40,089 nt of DNA from Bacteroidetes bacterium 4572_117 (GTDB taxonomy: Bacteria > Bacteroidota > Bacteroidia > Bacteroidales > NBLH01): contig NBLH01000002.1 of the NCBI GenBank assembly GCA_002084525.1, positions 1 to 40,089 of the forward strand. Direction: 5' to 3'. The notes beneath the pieces were generated by a model that was given only the letters and a program-made list of their open reading frames with translations, made no database searches and had not been told where the DNA came from. Made by a program: the position numbers and the translations under genes. Positions 8,645 to 18,542 of this stretch are shown here, one piece after another (the first letter of the stretch is position 1; each line of letters starts with the position of its first letter).

Positions 8645-10306
8645 TTACCTGAATAAATGCAAAGACCCCTTTTCTATTATCTCATTGCCATGATAATCTA
8701 TTGCCCTAATATAATAGTAATATACACCTGAAACCGCTTCACGGTTACTTCCCATAATTTTCCCATCCCATCCGTTGTTTCCTTCTTCAACTGATTTCCA
8801 TTTACACACTGTTTTGCCCCATCGTGAATAAATCCAACCTTCAAGGCTTTCAATGTCATCAACATCAAGTTTAAATATATCGTTTGCCCCGTCGTTGTTC
8901 GGGCTAAATACATTTGGCGGTTTGTTAAAAACAGCATCGGGTATTGTTACGTATATTGTATCTGAATAAGTATCTAAACACCCATCGTCTGTTTTTGCGG
9001 TATATAAAACAACATACTTACCATCTGGATAAGTGTAAATATGCGAAGGGCTTTCCTCAGAACTTAGCTCAGATTCATCACCAAAATCCCAACTAAAGTC
9101 AGTTGCCCAACTAGTTGTATTTATGAATGTTACATCAAGTTCAAAAGGGCCTGTGGTAGGGTCGGCTGTAAAACTTGCACCTTCAACCCTTACAAACAAG
9201 CTAGTATCCTGTTTACAATCAAAATTATCGGTTACCTGAAATTTGTACTCTTTGTTATCTTTTGATGTTGGTGTGGCATTTGCTGTCCCGTCTTGGCTTG
9301 TGTTTGAAATCTCTTCGCCTGACCAAATAGGTTTGGTGTATGTGTTTTCAAATTCCCATTCTTCCGATATCAGGTCATTCTTAAATTTAACCATAGATGC
9401 AAATACAAAACCTTTGTCTTCCGCTTCACTATCTTGAATTAATATTGTCCACTCACCATTTAATGAACAGCCAATTAGGTTGTTATATATTTGGTGCGAT
9501 GTATAACTGCCGGCAGGCAACGACCCAAGGTTTGTTGAGGAGCTATTCATTGTCCCAAAATCTGGGTTGTTTGTCCAGTAATAATAATAAGGTGTCCCTG
9601 CCTGGTCAGATGTTTCATCGTCGATAGGCTCTCCAAAAAACTTGTCTTGCCCACCATAATCTTTAAGTATTATTAATTTCCCTTCAGGGCAGGATAATAA
9701 AACCCGTATGTTGCTTAAATTTGTATGTTCCAATTTAATACCGATTGTGTCAATATCGTCAATAGAAGTTACTGTTTGTAATTCTGTATAAGCCTTAAAG
9801 TCAAGTACAGAAGAATAATAATTCCCTTGCGAAATTTCAACAGGGTTAGGTTCAACATATTCGTCAGGGATTTGATATTTCCAATCAGTTGTATTTGCAA
9901 TACCTGTTAAGCTAATTTCTTGTCCTAGGCAAATAGGGTCTTGTCTATCGCTTTCAGTTTCTGAAAAATCAGCAGTTAGCGACACTTGTATCCTTTCAAG
10001 CGCATAATCGGTATTTCCGCCTTTTTCTGCTTCAACCCTTACAATATACCCCCCACCATCCTTAAAAGGGTGTTTAATTGTGTCAAGATCCACGCCGCTT
10101 TTAACAGAGCTATTATCGTCAAAATTCCATGTATAGCTCACACCTGTTTCAACTACACCACCAACTGTGGTTTTTGCTACAAAAGTTACTGAGTCGTGGC
10201 AAACATTTGTGTTTACTGTTTCAATAGTTACCTCAAAAGGCTGAGAAAAACCATTTATTGTAAAAATAAATAATAAAACAACCAGGTAGTAATATTTTTT
10301 AATCAT
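8645..10306 (-). CDS. Secreted PKD / proprotein-convertase-P-domain protein with T9SS type B (gliding-motility-associated) C-terminal sorting domain
   Basis: 553-aa ORF. Signal peptide MIKKYYYLVVLLFIFTINGFSQ. PKD-like blocks (SYTWNFDD, FSWDFGDE). P-domain-like block HTNLSNIRVLLSCPEGK...NGEWTILIQDSEAEDKG. C-terminal PNVFSPNNDGANDIF motif. Confidence 0.8.
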   Translation of the reverse strand: MIKKYYYLVVLLFIFTINGFSQPFEVTIETVNTNVCHDSVTFVAKTTVGGVVETGVSYTWNFDDNSSVKSGVDLDTIKHPFKDGGGYIVRVEAEKGGNTDYALERIQVSLTADFSETESDRQDPICLGQEISLTGIANTTDWKYQIPDEYVEPNPVEISQGNYYSSVLDFKAYTELQTVTSIDDIDTIGIKLEHTNLSNIRVLLSCPEGKLIILKDYGGQDKFFGEPIDDETSDQAGTPYYYYWTNNPDFGTMNSSSTNLGSLPAGSYTSHQIYNNLIGCSLNGEWTILIQDSEAEDKGFVFASMVKFKNDLISEEWEFENTYTKPIWSGEEISNTSQDGTANATPTSKDNKEYKFQVTDNFDCKQDTSLFVRVEGASFTADPTTGPFELDVTFINTTSWATDFSWDFGDESELSSEESPSHIYTYPDGKYVVLYTAKTDDGCLDTYSDTIYVTIPDAVFNKPPNVFSPNNDGANDIFKLDVDDIESLEGWIYSRWGKTVCKWKSVEEGNNGWDGKIMGSNREAVSGVYYYYIRAIDYHGNEIIEKGSLHLFR

Positions 10307-10335
10307 AATAACATACTTTTTTAACTCATAATTTA

Positions 10336-12441
10336 TTAAGCTACATATTGGGGAACAGTAAATATAAACTTACTCCCTGTATTTAATTCGCTTTCAACCC
10401 TTATTTTCCCATTATGGATTCCTACAAACTCTTTACAAAGTTTAAGGCCTAAACCTGTCCCTGTTTCATTATTTGTACCATTTGATGAATGAAATATGTC
10501 ATCGTCAAATATTTTTTGTAAAACATCACCTGAGATCCCAATTCCGTTGTCAGCTACAATAATTTCGATAAAACTGCCTTTTGTTTCATTGCCATTGATT
10601 TGTGTTTGCTTGTTTTTGGTGCACGTAATATTAATTGTGCCGCTTTTTGGTGTAAATTTAACTGCATTTGAAATTAGGTTACGTAAAATAGTGTCCAACA
10701 TTTTTTCATCTGCACAAACATAAACATCGCTATCTATTTCAGAACTAAGGGTGATCGATTTTGTTAAGGCACTATGGTTGTTATGCTCAAAAGCAGTTTC
10801 AACTACATTGCTTAAGTTTAATTTTTCTGGCTTATAGCTAAGTTGCCCTGTCTTTGAATGCGACCAGCTTAAAAGGTTTTCCAATAAATCGTAATTCGAA
10901 TTTGCCGATTTTTGCATTGATTTTAATAGAGAATTAATTTTTTTTGGCTCGTTGCTTTCACCTTCTAACAAAAGCAAATCTATTAAACCTTTAAAATTAC
11001 CTAAAGGTCCCCGTAAATCGTGGCCAATTATCGAAAAAAGTTTATTTAAGGTATCGTTTGCAGTTTTTAATTTTTGGTTTTTTCGATAAACAACTATTGT
11101 AAAAAAAACTGCAATAGATAAAATAATAATTATTGCAAACACTAAAATGCCTTGATTCTTTATTGTTAACCTATCAACTTTTGATTGGGTCAATTGTTTT
11201 TCTTTCTCCCTTTTTAAAGCATTATTTTCCTGTTCTTTTTTGGCAGTTTTATGCAAAATTTCCAATTGGGTTATTTGCTTGCTTTTTTCTTCATTAAAAA
11301 TACTGTCTTTAAATTGGTTTGCGATAATGTAATAATCCAAAGCTTTTTGATATTCACCGGTTTTTTTATAAATATCGGCAAGCAACATATAATTTTTATT
11401 ACTATGCTTTTTGTAACCATTATTTTCTGAAATGGAATTGCTTTGCTTAACAAAATACAAGGCTTTATTATAATTATTGGTGCTAAAATTCAAATGGGCA
11501 ATATTAAATAAAGCACTTGCTTTATTTCTTTTATTATCAATTGAATCTGAAATCGATAACATTTTCTTAAAATAGCTGCCTGCTAATGAGTATTCCTTTT
11601 TTGTTTCATAAATTTGGCCAAGTTTTTCATAACAAATTGATAAGCCGTTTAAATTAGCTATTTGCATATAATTGCTTATTGCTAATTCATAATTTAATGT
11701 TGCCAAGTCAAAGTCTCTGGTCTTAAAATAATGATTGCCCAAGTTAAAATGAGAGTATGCGGTACCAAAAGGGTAGTCAATATCCTCACATATTATAGAA
11801 GCTTTTTTATAGTATTGTAGTGCTTCGTTGTCTTTGTCCCACTCTGAGAAGACCATACCTATATTATTCAATGTCAGGCTCTTGCCTTTAATGTCGTTCA
11901 GTGTGTCACGTAAAGCTAAGGACAAATAATAAAATTTAAGTGCTTTGTCGTGGTTGTCTAGCCCCCAATATATTGCCCCTATGTTGTTATATAAAACGCA
12001 AGTTAAAGATGTATCGCTGATGCTTTGCGAAATAAGTAAAGATTGTTTATATTTTTTTAAGGCTATGGCTAAATCACCTTTTATCCAATACATTTTTCCT
12101 ATCTGCTTATACGAACGTGCAAGCTGAATTTTATTGTTGTTTTTTTTAGCCAGGTAATTAGCTTTCAGATAATAATCTACTGCTGAATCATAGTTTTTTG
12201 CATCATAAAACGCTTTTGCTTTTGACAAATTTTCCTCAACATTAGAGCTGTCTTCTAATAAAAAAAATATTTTTCCTATTTTTATTAAATGATAGTTTAT
12301 AGATTCAGAACTGTCTTGAATAGTTAATAATGGTGTTAAATTTTTATCTTGGGAATTAATTAATAACGCATTTTGCAATGTGGATATCATTACAAATAAA
12401 CTAAGTTTAAATATATATTTTATGGTATCTTGAAGTATCAA
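10336..12441 (-). CDS. TPR-repeat sensor histidine kinase
   Basis: 701-aa ORF. N-terminal TPR-like repeats, one TM helix (GILVFAIIIILSIAVFFTIVVY), H-box FSIIGHDLRGPL, ATPase boxes LISNAVKFT, DNGIGI, GTGLGL. The ORF-track start is TTG; an in-frame ATG lies at 12390, so the true start is uncertain. Confidence 0.85.
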   Translation of the reverse strand: MILQDTIKYIFKLSLFVMISTLQNALLINSQDKNLTPLLTIQDSSESINYHLIKIGKIFFLLEDSSNVEENLSKAKAFYDAKNYDSAVDYYLKANYLAKKNNNKIQLARSYKQIGKMYWIKGDLAIALKKYKQSLLISQSISDTSLTCVLYNNIGAIYWGLDNHDKALKFYYLSLALRDTLNDIKGKSLTLNNIGMVFSEWDKDNEALQYYKKASIICEDIDYPFGTAYSHFNLGNHYFKTRDFDLATLNYELAISNYMQIANLNGLSICYEKLGQIYETKKEYSLAGSYFKKMLSISDSIDNKRNKASALFNIAHLNFSTNNYNKALYFVKQSNSISENNGYKKHSNKNYMLLADIYKKTGEYQKALDYYIIANQFKDSIFNEEKSKQITQLEILHKTAKKEQENNALKREKEKQLTQSKVDRLTIKNQGILVFAIIIILSIAVFFTIVVYRKNQKLKTANDTLNKLFSIIGHDLRGPLGNFKGLIDLLLLEGESNEPKKINSLLKSMQKSANSNYDLLENLLSWSHSKTGQLSYKPEKLNLSNVVETAFEHNNHSALTKSITLSSEIDSDVYVCADEKMLDTILRNLISNAVKFTPKSGTINITCTKNKQTQINGNETKGSFIEIIVADNGIGISGDVLQKIFDDDIFHSSNGTNNETGTGLGLKLCKEFVGIHNGKIRVESELNTGSKFIFTVPQYVA

Positions 12442-12532
12442 TTAGTATATAAGTTTTATGTTAAAAAACTGTAAAAATAAATTATTCTTTTAATTGCATA
12501 AAATTTATTTTGCCTATTACATTCTATGAGAC

Positions 12533-12540
12533 TATCTTTG
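12533..12540 (+). promoter_or_regulatory. Candidate -7 promoter box for the helicase gene
   Basis: TATCTTTG matches TAnnTTTG, about 65 nt upstream of the GTG start. Confidence 0.3.
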
Positions 12541-12605
12541 TACCCAATATCCTTTTGTTCAACCATCAGTTTAAGTGCCACTGAGTAATAAAATATAAAC
12601 ACAGA

Positions 12606-14936
12606 GTGTATCCATACCTTAACGAATTAAACCAAGTACAAAGAAAAGCAGTGGAAGCCTTTGAGGGGCCTTCGTTGGTTATTGCGGGCGCTGGCTCGGG
12701 TAAAACTAGGGTATTGACCTATAGGATTACCCATTTGTTAAATATTGGTAAGCACCCTTCAAGTATTTTGTCGCTCACTTTTACCAATAAAGCGGCTCGC
12801 GAAATGAAAAACCGTATTGGCAAAATAGTTGGTGAAAAAACTGCAAGGTATTTATGGATGGGGACATTTCATTCTATTTTTGCAAAAATACTACGTATTG
12901 AATCAAAATTTATTAATTATCCTTCAAGTTTTTCTATTTATGATGCACAAGATTCTAAAAACCTGATAAAAACAATTTGTAAAGAGCAAAATCTCGACCC
13001 AAAAGTTTACAAAGCAAACGAAGTCCTTAATAGGATATCGTCGGCCAAAAACAATTTAATAACAGCCAGTAATTATGCAAATAATTTTCAGATAAAAGAA
13101 TCGGATAAAAAATCGAGGAAACCTGAAATTTATAAAATATACCAAATATACGAAAACAGATGCAGGACTGCCGGTGCAATGGATTTTGATGATTTGTTGT
13201 TAAAAACGAATATACTTTTTGATCAGTTTCCAGAAGTGCTTGAAAAATATCAAAATAAATTTCAGTACGTTTTAGTAGATGAGTATCAAGACACAAATTT
13301 TTCACAATACTTGATAATAAAAAAACTGGCAAACACACATCATAATTTATGTGTTGTTGGCGACGATGCACAAAGCATTTATGCATTTCGCGGTGCCCGT
13401 ATCGAAAATATTTTAAACTTTAAAAAAGATTATCCCGAAAATAAAGTATTTAAGCTTGAACAAAATTACCGATCGACACAAAATATTGTAGAAGCTGCAA
13501 ACAGTGTAATTGATAAAAACAAAAACCAAATTAAAAAAAATGTTTTTTCAAAAAATGAAGCCGGAAATAAAATCAAGCTTTTTGAAGCATATACTGATCA
13601 TGAAGAAGGCTATTTTATAGCAAACATGATTAACGATATTAGGTTTAGGGAGCATGATGCTTTTAGTGATTTTGCAATCCTATATAGAACAAATGCACAA
13701 TCGCGGATACTTGAAGAGGCTTTACGTAAAAAAAATATCCCATACAAAATTTATGGCGGTTTGTCCTTTTATCAAAGAAAGGAAATAAAGGATTTGTTAG
13801 CCTATTTTAGGCTGATTATCAATCCTTTAGACGATGAAGCTTTTAAACGTATAATAAACTATCCGAAAAGGGGAATTGGTAATACCAGTTTAAACAAGTT
13901 GTTGCATTTTGCAAAAGAAACCAATTTAAGTATATGGCAGGCAGCATTAAAACTAAAAGACGTAAATATTAACCTAGGCAACGCCGTAATAAAAAAGATA
14001 TATGGGTTTTTAGGGATTATCAGCAATTTTGCTGCCGTAATAAATACAGGCGATGCATATGAAGTGGCAAGGCAGGTTGCTGTAGATACAGGAATTTTGA
14101 GGGAATTGCATAACGACAAAACGCCCGAGGGAATTAGCCGCCACCAAAATGTACAAGAAATACTTAATGGTATCAGAGAATTTACAAGTACAGAGACAAC
14201 CGACGAAGGAAAACCAAATTTGGTCGATTATATTGAAAACGTGTCGCTTTTGACAAATGACGATAAAAATACCGAAAACGACAATGATAAAGTTGTTTTG
14301 ATGACTATTCACTCTTCAAAAGGCCTTGAGTTTAAGAATGTATTCCTTGCCGGCTTAGAAGAAGAATTGTTCCCTTCTAAATTTTCTTCGGCTAATATTT
14401 CTGAACTAGAAGAGGAACGCAGGTTGTTTTATGTTGCCATAACAAGGGCCGAAAAAAATATTTGTATTTCGTATGCAAAAAGCAGGTACCGTTGGGGCGA
14501 TTTAGCCCATTGTGTCCCTAGCAGGTTTATTAGGGATATTAATCCTGAATTTATTGAACAGGAAAGCCCTGTTTCGGGCTTAAATAGTAACTATAAAAAA
14601 GACAATAAGTTTAAAACAGGTTTTGAAAAAGGGTTTGGTGGCGAAGAAAAAAAAACTTACCCATCATTTAAAAAAACAACTGAAAAAGGAACTGCTTATA
14701 AGTCAAAACTAAAAAAAGTTAATGCCGATATAAATATCGATACAAATAAAACAGGTAGCAAAAACAACATAGATGGCATAGCAGTTGGAGCTAAGGTTAA
14801 ACACCTTCGTTTTGGGCTTGGCAAAGTATTAGATATTGAGGGCGATTTTCCTAATGTGAAGGCTACGATAGAATTTAATTCGGCAGGGAAGAAACAATTA
14901 TTGCTAAAATTTGCAAAGCTAATAGTGATAAAATAA
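12606..14936 (+). CDS. UvrD/PcrA/Rep-family ATP-dependent DNA helicase
   Basis: 776-aa ORF with GTG start. SF1 motifs AGAGSGKT, TFTNKAAREM, VDEYQDTN, NYRSTQNI, TIHSSKGLEF, YVAITRA. C-terminal Tudor-like tail (GAKVKHLRFGLGKV). Confidence 0.9.
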   Translation: MYPYLNELNQVQRKAVEAFEGPSLVIAGAGSGKTRVLTYRITHLLNIGKHPSSILSLTFTNKAAREMKNRIGKIVGEKTARYLWMGTFHSIFAKILRIESKFINYPSSFSIYDAQDSKNLIKTICKEQNLDPKVYKANEVLNRISSAKNNLITASNYANNFQIKESDKKSRKPEIYKIYQIYENRCRTAGAMDFDDLLLKTNILFDQFPEVLEKYQNKFQYVLVDEYQDTNFSQYLIIKKLANTHHNLCVVGDDAQSIYAFRGARIENILNFKKDYPENKVFKLEQNYRSTQNIVEAANSVIDKNKNQIKKNVFSKNEAGNKIKLFEAYTDHEEGYFIANMINDIRFREHDAFSDFAILYRTNAQSRILEEALRKKNIPYKIYGGLSFYQRKEIKDLLAYFRLIINPLDDEAFKRIINYPKRGIGNTSLNKLLHFAKETNLSIWQAALKLKDVNINLGNAVIKKIYGFLGIISNFAAVINTGDAYEVARQVAVDTGILRELHNDKTPEGISRHQNVQEILNGIREFTSTETTDEGKPNLVDYIENVSLLTNDDKNTENDNDKVVLMTIHSSKGLEFKNVFLAGLEEELFPSKFSSANISELEEERRLFYVAITRAEKNICISYAKSRYRWGDLAHCVPSRFIRDINPEFIEQESPVSGLNSNYKKDNKFKTGFEKGFGGEEKKTYPSFKKTTEKGTAYKSKLKKVNADINIDTNKTGSKNNIDGIAVGAKVKHLRFGLGKVLDIEGDFPNVKATIEFNSAGKKQLLLKFAKLIVIK

Positions 14937-15180
14937 GGATAACAATAAAAATAAATTGATATAATAAATGTTAAAACTACTTTATTCTTTATTTAAACAA
15001 AGAACAAATGGCGTGGCAGTAAGTTGCTAATTACCAATCAGTTAAGTTGTTGCTTGAGGTTTACATTTTAATATTTGTCAAGGTTTTTTAAAATTAAAAA
15101 AGTTAAGTAATTATAAATATATTTAGAAAAGTTCTAAATTTTTCGTAAAATTGTAGTAAACAATAAATTATCAGTAATAA

Positions 15181-15777
15181 ATGGAATATAATACAGGTAG
15201 AAATAAATTAATTTTGCCGGAATATGGCAGGAATGTTCAGATGATGATTGAACATGCAATTGGCATTGAAGATAAAGCAGAAAGGAATCGGGCTGCTCAA
15301 GAAATTATTAACATTATGGGAGGCATGAACCCTCACTTAAGGGATATTAACGATTTTAAACATAAATTGTGGGATCAGATAATGTTAATGTCAGATTTTA
15401 AAATCGACATTGACTCCCCATATCCGATTCCTGTGAAAGAAACTTTTGAAGAAAAACCAAAACCGGTACCATACATTGGTGGAAGGTTTAGGTATAGATA
15501 TCTTGGCAGGATTATGCAAAAACTTATTTCTGCTGCTATAGAAATAGAAGATGAAGAAGAAAAAGCCGCATTGGTTAAAATTATTACCAATCACATGAAA
15601 AAATCATATCTTTTATGGAATAAAGATATTGTTGAAGATAAACTTATTTTTGAAAAATTAAAAACTCTTTCAGACGGGAAACTGGAAGTTGAAAAAAATA
15701 CGAGACTTAGCGCATCGAAAGATCTAATTGGCAGGCGCAAAAAAAGGAAAAAAGAAAACCCTAAGTTTAGAAAGTAA
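15181..15777 (+). CDS. DUF4290-like protein
   Basis: 198-aa ORF (MEYNTGRNKLILPEYGRNVQMMIEHA...). Matches my recollection of the DUF4290 family, which sits directly upstream of murA in Bacteroidota. Not verified by search. Confidence 0.6.
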   Translation: MEYNTGRNKLILPEYGRNVQMMIEHAIGIEDKAERNRAAQEIINIMGGMNPHLRDINDFKHKLWDQIMLMSDFKIDIDSPYPIPVKETFEEKPKPVPYIGGRFRYRYLGRIMQKLISAAIEIEDEEEKAALVKIITNHMKKSYLLWNKDIVEDKLIFEKLKTLSDGKLEVEKNTRLSASKDLIGRRKKRKKENPKFRK

Positions 15778-15990
15778 TCCTATAACTGCTTCAATTATAA
15801 ATTCTATTACATAGCAGAGATACTAAATAAAGGGAATCGCTTTTAAGAGTTGAACCCATTCAGGGTTCACATTATTATACTTTTCATTCCATGGTATTAT
15901 GTAATAGAACAGGCACAACACCGAAAGCGTTGAATATCTTATATTTTAAGATGCAATTGCCTTGGGCATTATGTGCCTTTGTAAAGTTAT

Positions 15991-16049
15991 TATACTGAAA
16001 ACGGGTTAAAATTAGACTTTTAAAAAGCTGTTTATTATTGAATATCAGC
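15991..16049 (+). repeat. Conserved upstream block R3, copy upstream of murA
   Basis: 59-nt ungapped alignment to 26157-26215, roughly 70 percent identity by hand count, with an exact 12-mer GGTTAAAATTAG at the same offset (16004-16015 vs 26170-26181). Confidence 0.55.
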
Positions 16050-16151
16050 TTAATGAATAATTTAACAATTCAACAATTTAAAGTATAATTATATTTTTGT
16101 TAACATCAGTTATTGAATTGATTAGTATACGGATTATCCAATTATTTATCA

Positions 16152-17459
16152 ATGAGCTCTTTTAGAATTGAAGGTGGCACGCCATTAAAAGGAAATATTA
16201 TACCACAAGGGGCAAAAAATGAAGCTTTGCAGATTATTTGCGCTTGCTTACTGACCGACAAACCATTAATAATCAACAACATACCTGCTATTAAAGATAT
16301 AACAAGCCTCATCGCAATAATCAAAGGGCTTGGTGTAAAGGTAGAACAAATCAACAGCACAAGCTATGTTTTTCAAGCTGATAACATAAACCTTAATTAC
16401 TTTAACTCCGGTGAGTTTAGTGAAAAAGGTTCGGCAATCAGGGGGTCTGTTATGATTATTGGTCCTTTATTGGCGAGGTTTGGAAAAGTTTTTGTCCCAA
16501 ATCCCGGTGGCGATAAAATCGGCAGGCGTAGAATTGATACACACCTAACCGGGTTTAAAAAACTAGGGGCTACTTTTAAATATGATTCCAATAAAAACGC
16601 CTACGAAATATCAACCAAAAGGCTAAAAGGCTCATACATACTGCTCGAAGAAGCTTCGGTTACAGGAACGGCAAATATTGTTATGGCCGCTGTACTTGCC
16701 AGCGGCACCACAACCGTTTACAATGCCGCATGTGAACCATATGTTCAGCAATTATGCCGTATGTTGAACCAAATGGGGGCAAAAATTAGCGGTATCGGCT
16801 CAAATTTGTTAAGTATCCATGGGGTTGAAAAAGTGGATGGTTGTACACATAATATCTTGCCTGATATGATTGAAATAGGTAGCTTTATTGGTTTGGCTGC
16901 CATGACAAAATCAGAAATCACCATAAAAAATGTAAATTATAATGAACTTGGTATAATACCAGATGCATTTAAACGTTTAGGTATTGATATAGTTAAACGC
17001 GACGATGATATTTATATAGCTGCACAAGAACATTACACCATTGAAACGTTTATCGATGGTTCGATAATGAATATATCTGATGCACCTTGGCCGGGTTTAA
17101 CACCTGATTTATTAAGTGTTTTGCTGGTTGTGGCTACCCAGGCTAAGGGAAGCGTATTGATTCATCAAAAAATGTTTGAAAGCCGTTTGTTTTTTGTTGA
17201 CAAGTTGATTGATATGGGTGCGCAAATAATATTATGCGATCCGCACAGGGCAACTGTAATTGGTTTAGATAAAAAATATCCCCTTAGGGGAACCACAATG
17301 ACATCGCCTGATATTAGGGCGGGGGTGGCTTTATTAATTGCAGCCTTATCGGCTAAGGGGACAAGTATTATTCACAATATCGAACAAATAGATAGGGGCT
17401 ATCAAAATATTGACAAACGTTTAATAAGCTTAGGTGCAAAAATTGAGCGAATCGATTAG
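16152..17459 (+). CDS. murA: UDP-N-acetylglucosamine 1-carboxyvinyltransferase
   Basis: 435-aa ORF with full-length MurA-like pattern: FRIEGG..L.G.I...GAKNEAL, active-site loop PGGDKIGRRRIDTH, C-terminal IEQIDRGYQNIDKRLISLGA. Confidence 0.92.
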   Translation: MSSFRIEGGTPLKGNIIPQGAKNEALQIICACLLTDKPLIINNIPAIKDITSLIAIIKGLGVKVEQINSTSYVFQADNINLNYFNSGEFSEKGSAIRGSVMIIGPLLARFGKVFVPNPGGDKIGRRRIDTHLTGFKKLGATFKYDSNKNAYEISTKRLKGSYILLEEASVTGTANIVMAAVLASGTTTVYNAACEPYVQQLCRMLNQMGAKISGIGSNLLSIHGVEKVDGCTHNILPDMIEIGSFIGLAAMTKSEITIKNVNYNELGIIPDAFKRLGIDIVKRDDDIYIAAQEHYTIETFIDGSIMNISDAPWPGLTPDLLSVLLVVATQAKGSVLIHQKMFESRLFFVDKLIDMGAQIILCDPHRATVIGLDKKYPLRGTTMTSPDIRAGVALLIAALSAKGTSIIHNIEQIDRGYQNIDKRLISLGAKIERID

Positions 17460-17467
17460 TATGTTTG
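17460..17467 (+). promoter_or_regulatory. Candidate -7 promoter box upstream of R1 copy 1 and the TlpA-like gene
   Basis: TATGTTTG immediately after the murA stop codon. A transcript from here would carry R1 copy 1 in its 5' leader. Confidence 0.3.
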
Positions 17468-17508
17468 CTAAGGTTGCAAAAAACTAACCTTCTAAGCACA
17501 CTGTCAGA

Positions 17509-17615
17509 TTAGTAAGCACCCAGACAAAATTAATTGTATATTTGCTTTTAAGCAACTGGCATATTGTAAGATATTTGCACTAGTGCGTAAGATACATTAA
17601 ATAGCACTAAGTGCT
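17509..17615 (+). repeat. Intergenic repeat family R1, copy 1
   Basis: 107-nt block TTAGTAAGCACCC...TTGTATATTTGCTTTTAAGCAACTGGCATATTGTAAGATATTTGCACTAGTGCGTAAGATACATTAAATAGCACTAAGTGCT. Aligns without gaps to 19303-19409 and, in reverse complement, to 29448-29529. Ends in the 13-nt palindrome AGCACTAAGTGCT. Confidence 0.85.
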
Positions 17616-17678
17616 TATTTATTGCATTTTCGGTTGAATGATAGAATAAATAGTTTTTAAACAAGACAATAATAAATA

Positions 17679-18242
17679 ATGACCAATATGTTTAAAATAG
17701 GTATTTTTTCGTTAAGTTTAGTCTTGGTTCTTGGATTTGGATTTGGGAATAGTAATATTCAAAATGAAGAGACCAGTATAGAAATATTAGCTAAAACCCC
17801 AAAAATTGGTGAGTTGGCACCTGAAATAAACTTGCCATCAATTAACCGCTCTGTTACATATAAATTATCAGACCTTCGTGGAAAACTTGTTTTAGTTAAT
17901 TTTTGGGCATCGATGAATGCACCTTGTAGCCACGAAAACAAAAATCAGGTCCGTACTTATAATAAATATAAAAATAAAAGTTTTAAAAATGCCCAAGGCT
18001 TTACTATCTATTCTGTGTCGTTAGACTCAAACTTAGAAAGCTGGAAAAAAGCTATTAAAAAAGATGGTTTAAGTTGGCCATACCAAGTAAGCGACTTAAA
18101 AGGCTATGAGTCTGAAGTAGCTGTTACTTACGGCGTTACAACAATACCATCAAACTACCTTATTGATGGCGATGGGAAAGTATTGGCAATTAATTTACGG
18201 AGCGCACAGCTTGTAAAAACAATTGAAAAATATTTAAAATAG
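17679..18242 (+). CDS. TlpA/ResA-like thioredoxin-fold protein with degenerate active site
   Basis: 187-aa ORF. N-terminal membrane anchor. Thioredoxin-fold pattern LVLVNFWASMNAPCSHE where the family normally has FWASWC-x-PC, plus a later conserved (V)TTIPSNYLID block. Confidence 0.7.
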   Translation: MTNMFKIGIFSLSLVLVLGFGFGNSNIQNEETSIEILAKTPKIGELAPEINLPSINRSVTYKLSDLRGKLVLVNFWASMNAPCSHENKNQVRTYNKYKNKSFKNAQGFTIYSVSLDSNLESWKKAIKKDGLSWPYQVSDLKGYESEVAVTYGVTTIPSNYLIDGDGKVLAINLRSAQLVKTIEKYLK

Positions 18243-18542
18243 GCATTAACTACCGTAGTTTAAGTATTGGCAATATCCTATTTCCCAATCCAATTTACAT
18301 CATCCTTCTCTAAAAAATATTTTGGGAATTATCATTTTTATTAGTTTCCTTAATCTTTTTTTGTGACATTTTTTATCGCATAAATGCGAAAATGTAGCCT
18401 AAGGAAAGGAATTAATTAATTTGAGGCAAAGAATACAGATTATTTTAGTATTTTTGAAACATATACAAAGCTACGAAATGAATATGTAACCAAGCGGAGC
18501 TATTAAAGTAGGGCAAATAAACTTATTCTAATAAAAAATACT

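Noticed and set aside
17509-17615. R1 as a riboswitch or other structured cis-regulatory RNA
   Set aside because: The three copies show no compensatory changes supporting a fold. The conserved palindromes are short DNA-type dyads, and one copy is inverted relative to its neighbouring genes. It is kept as a repeat finding, not called as an ncRNA.
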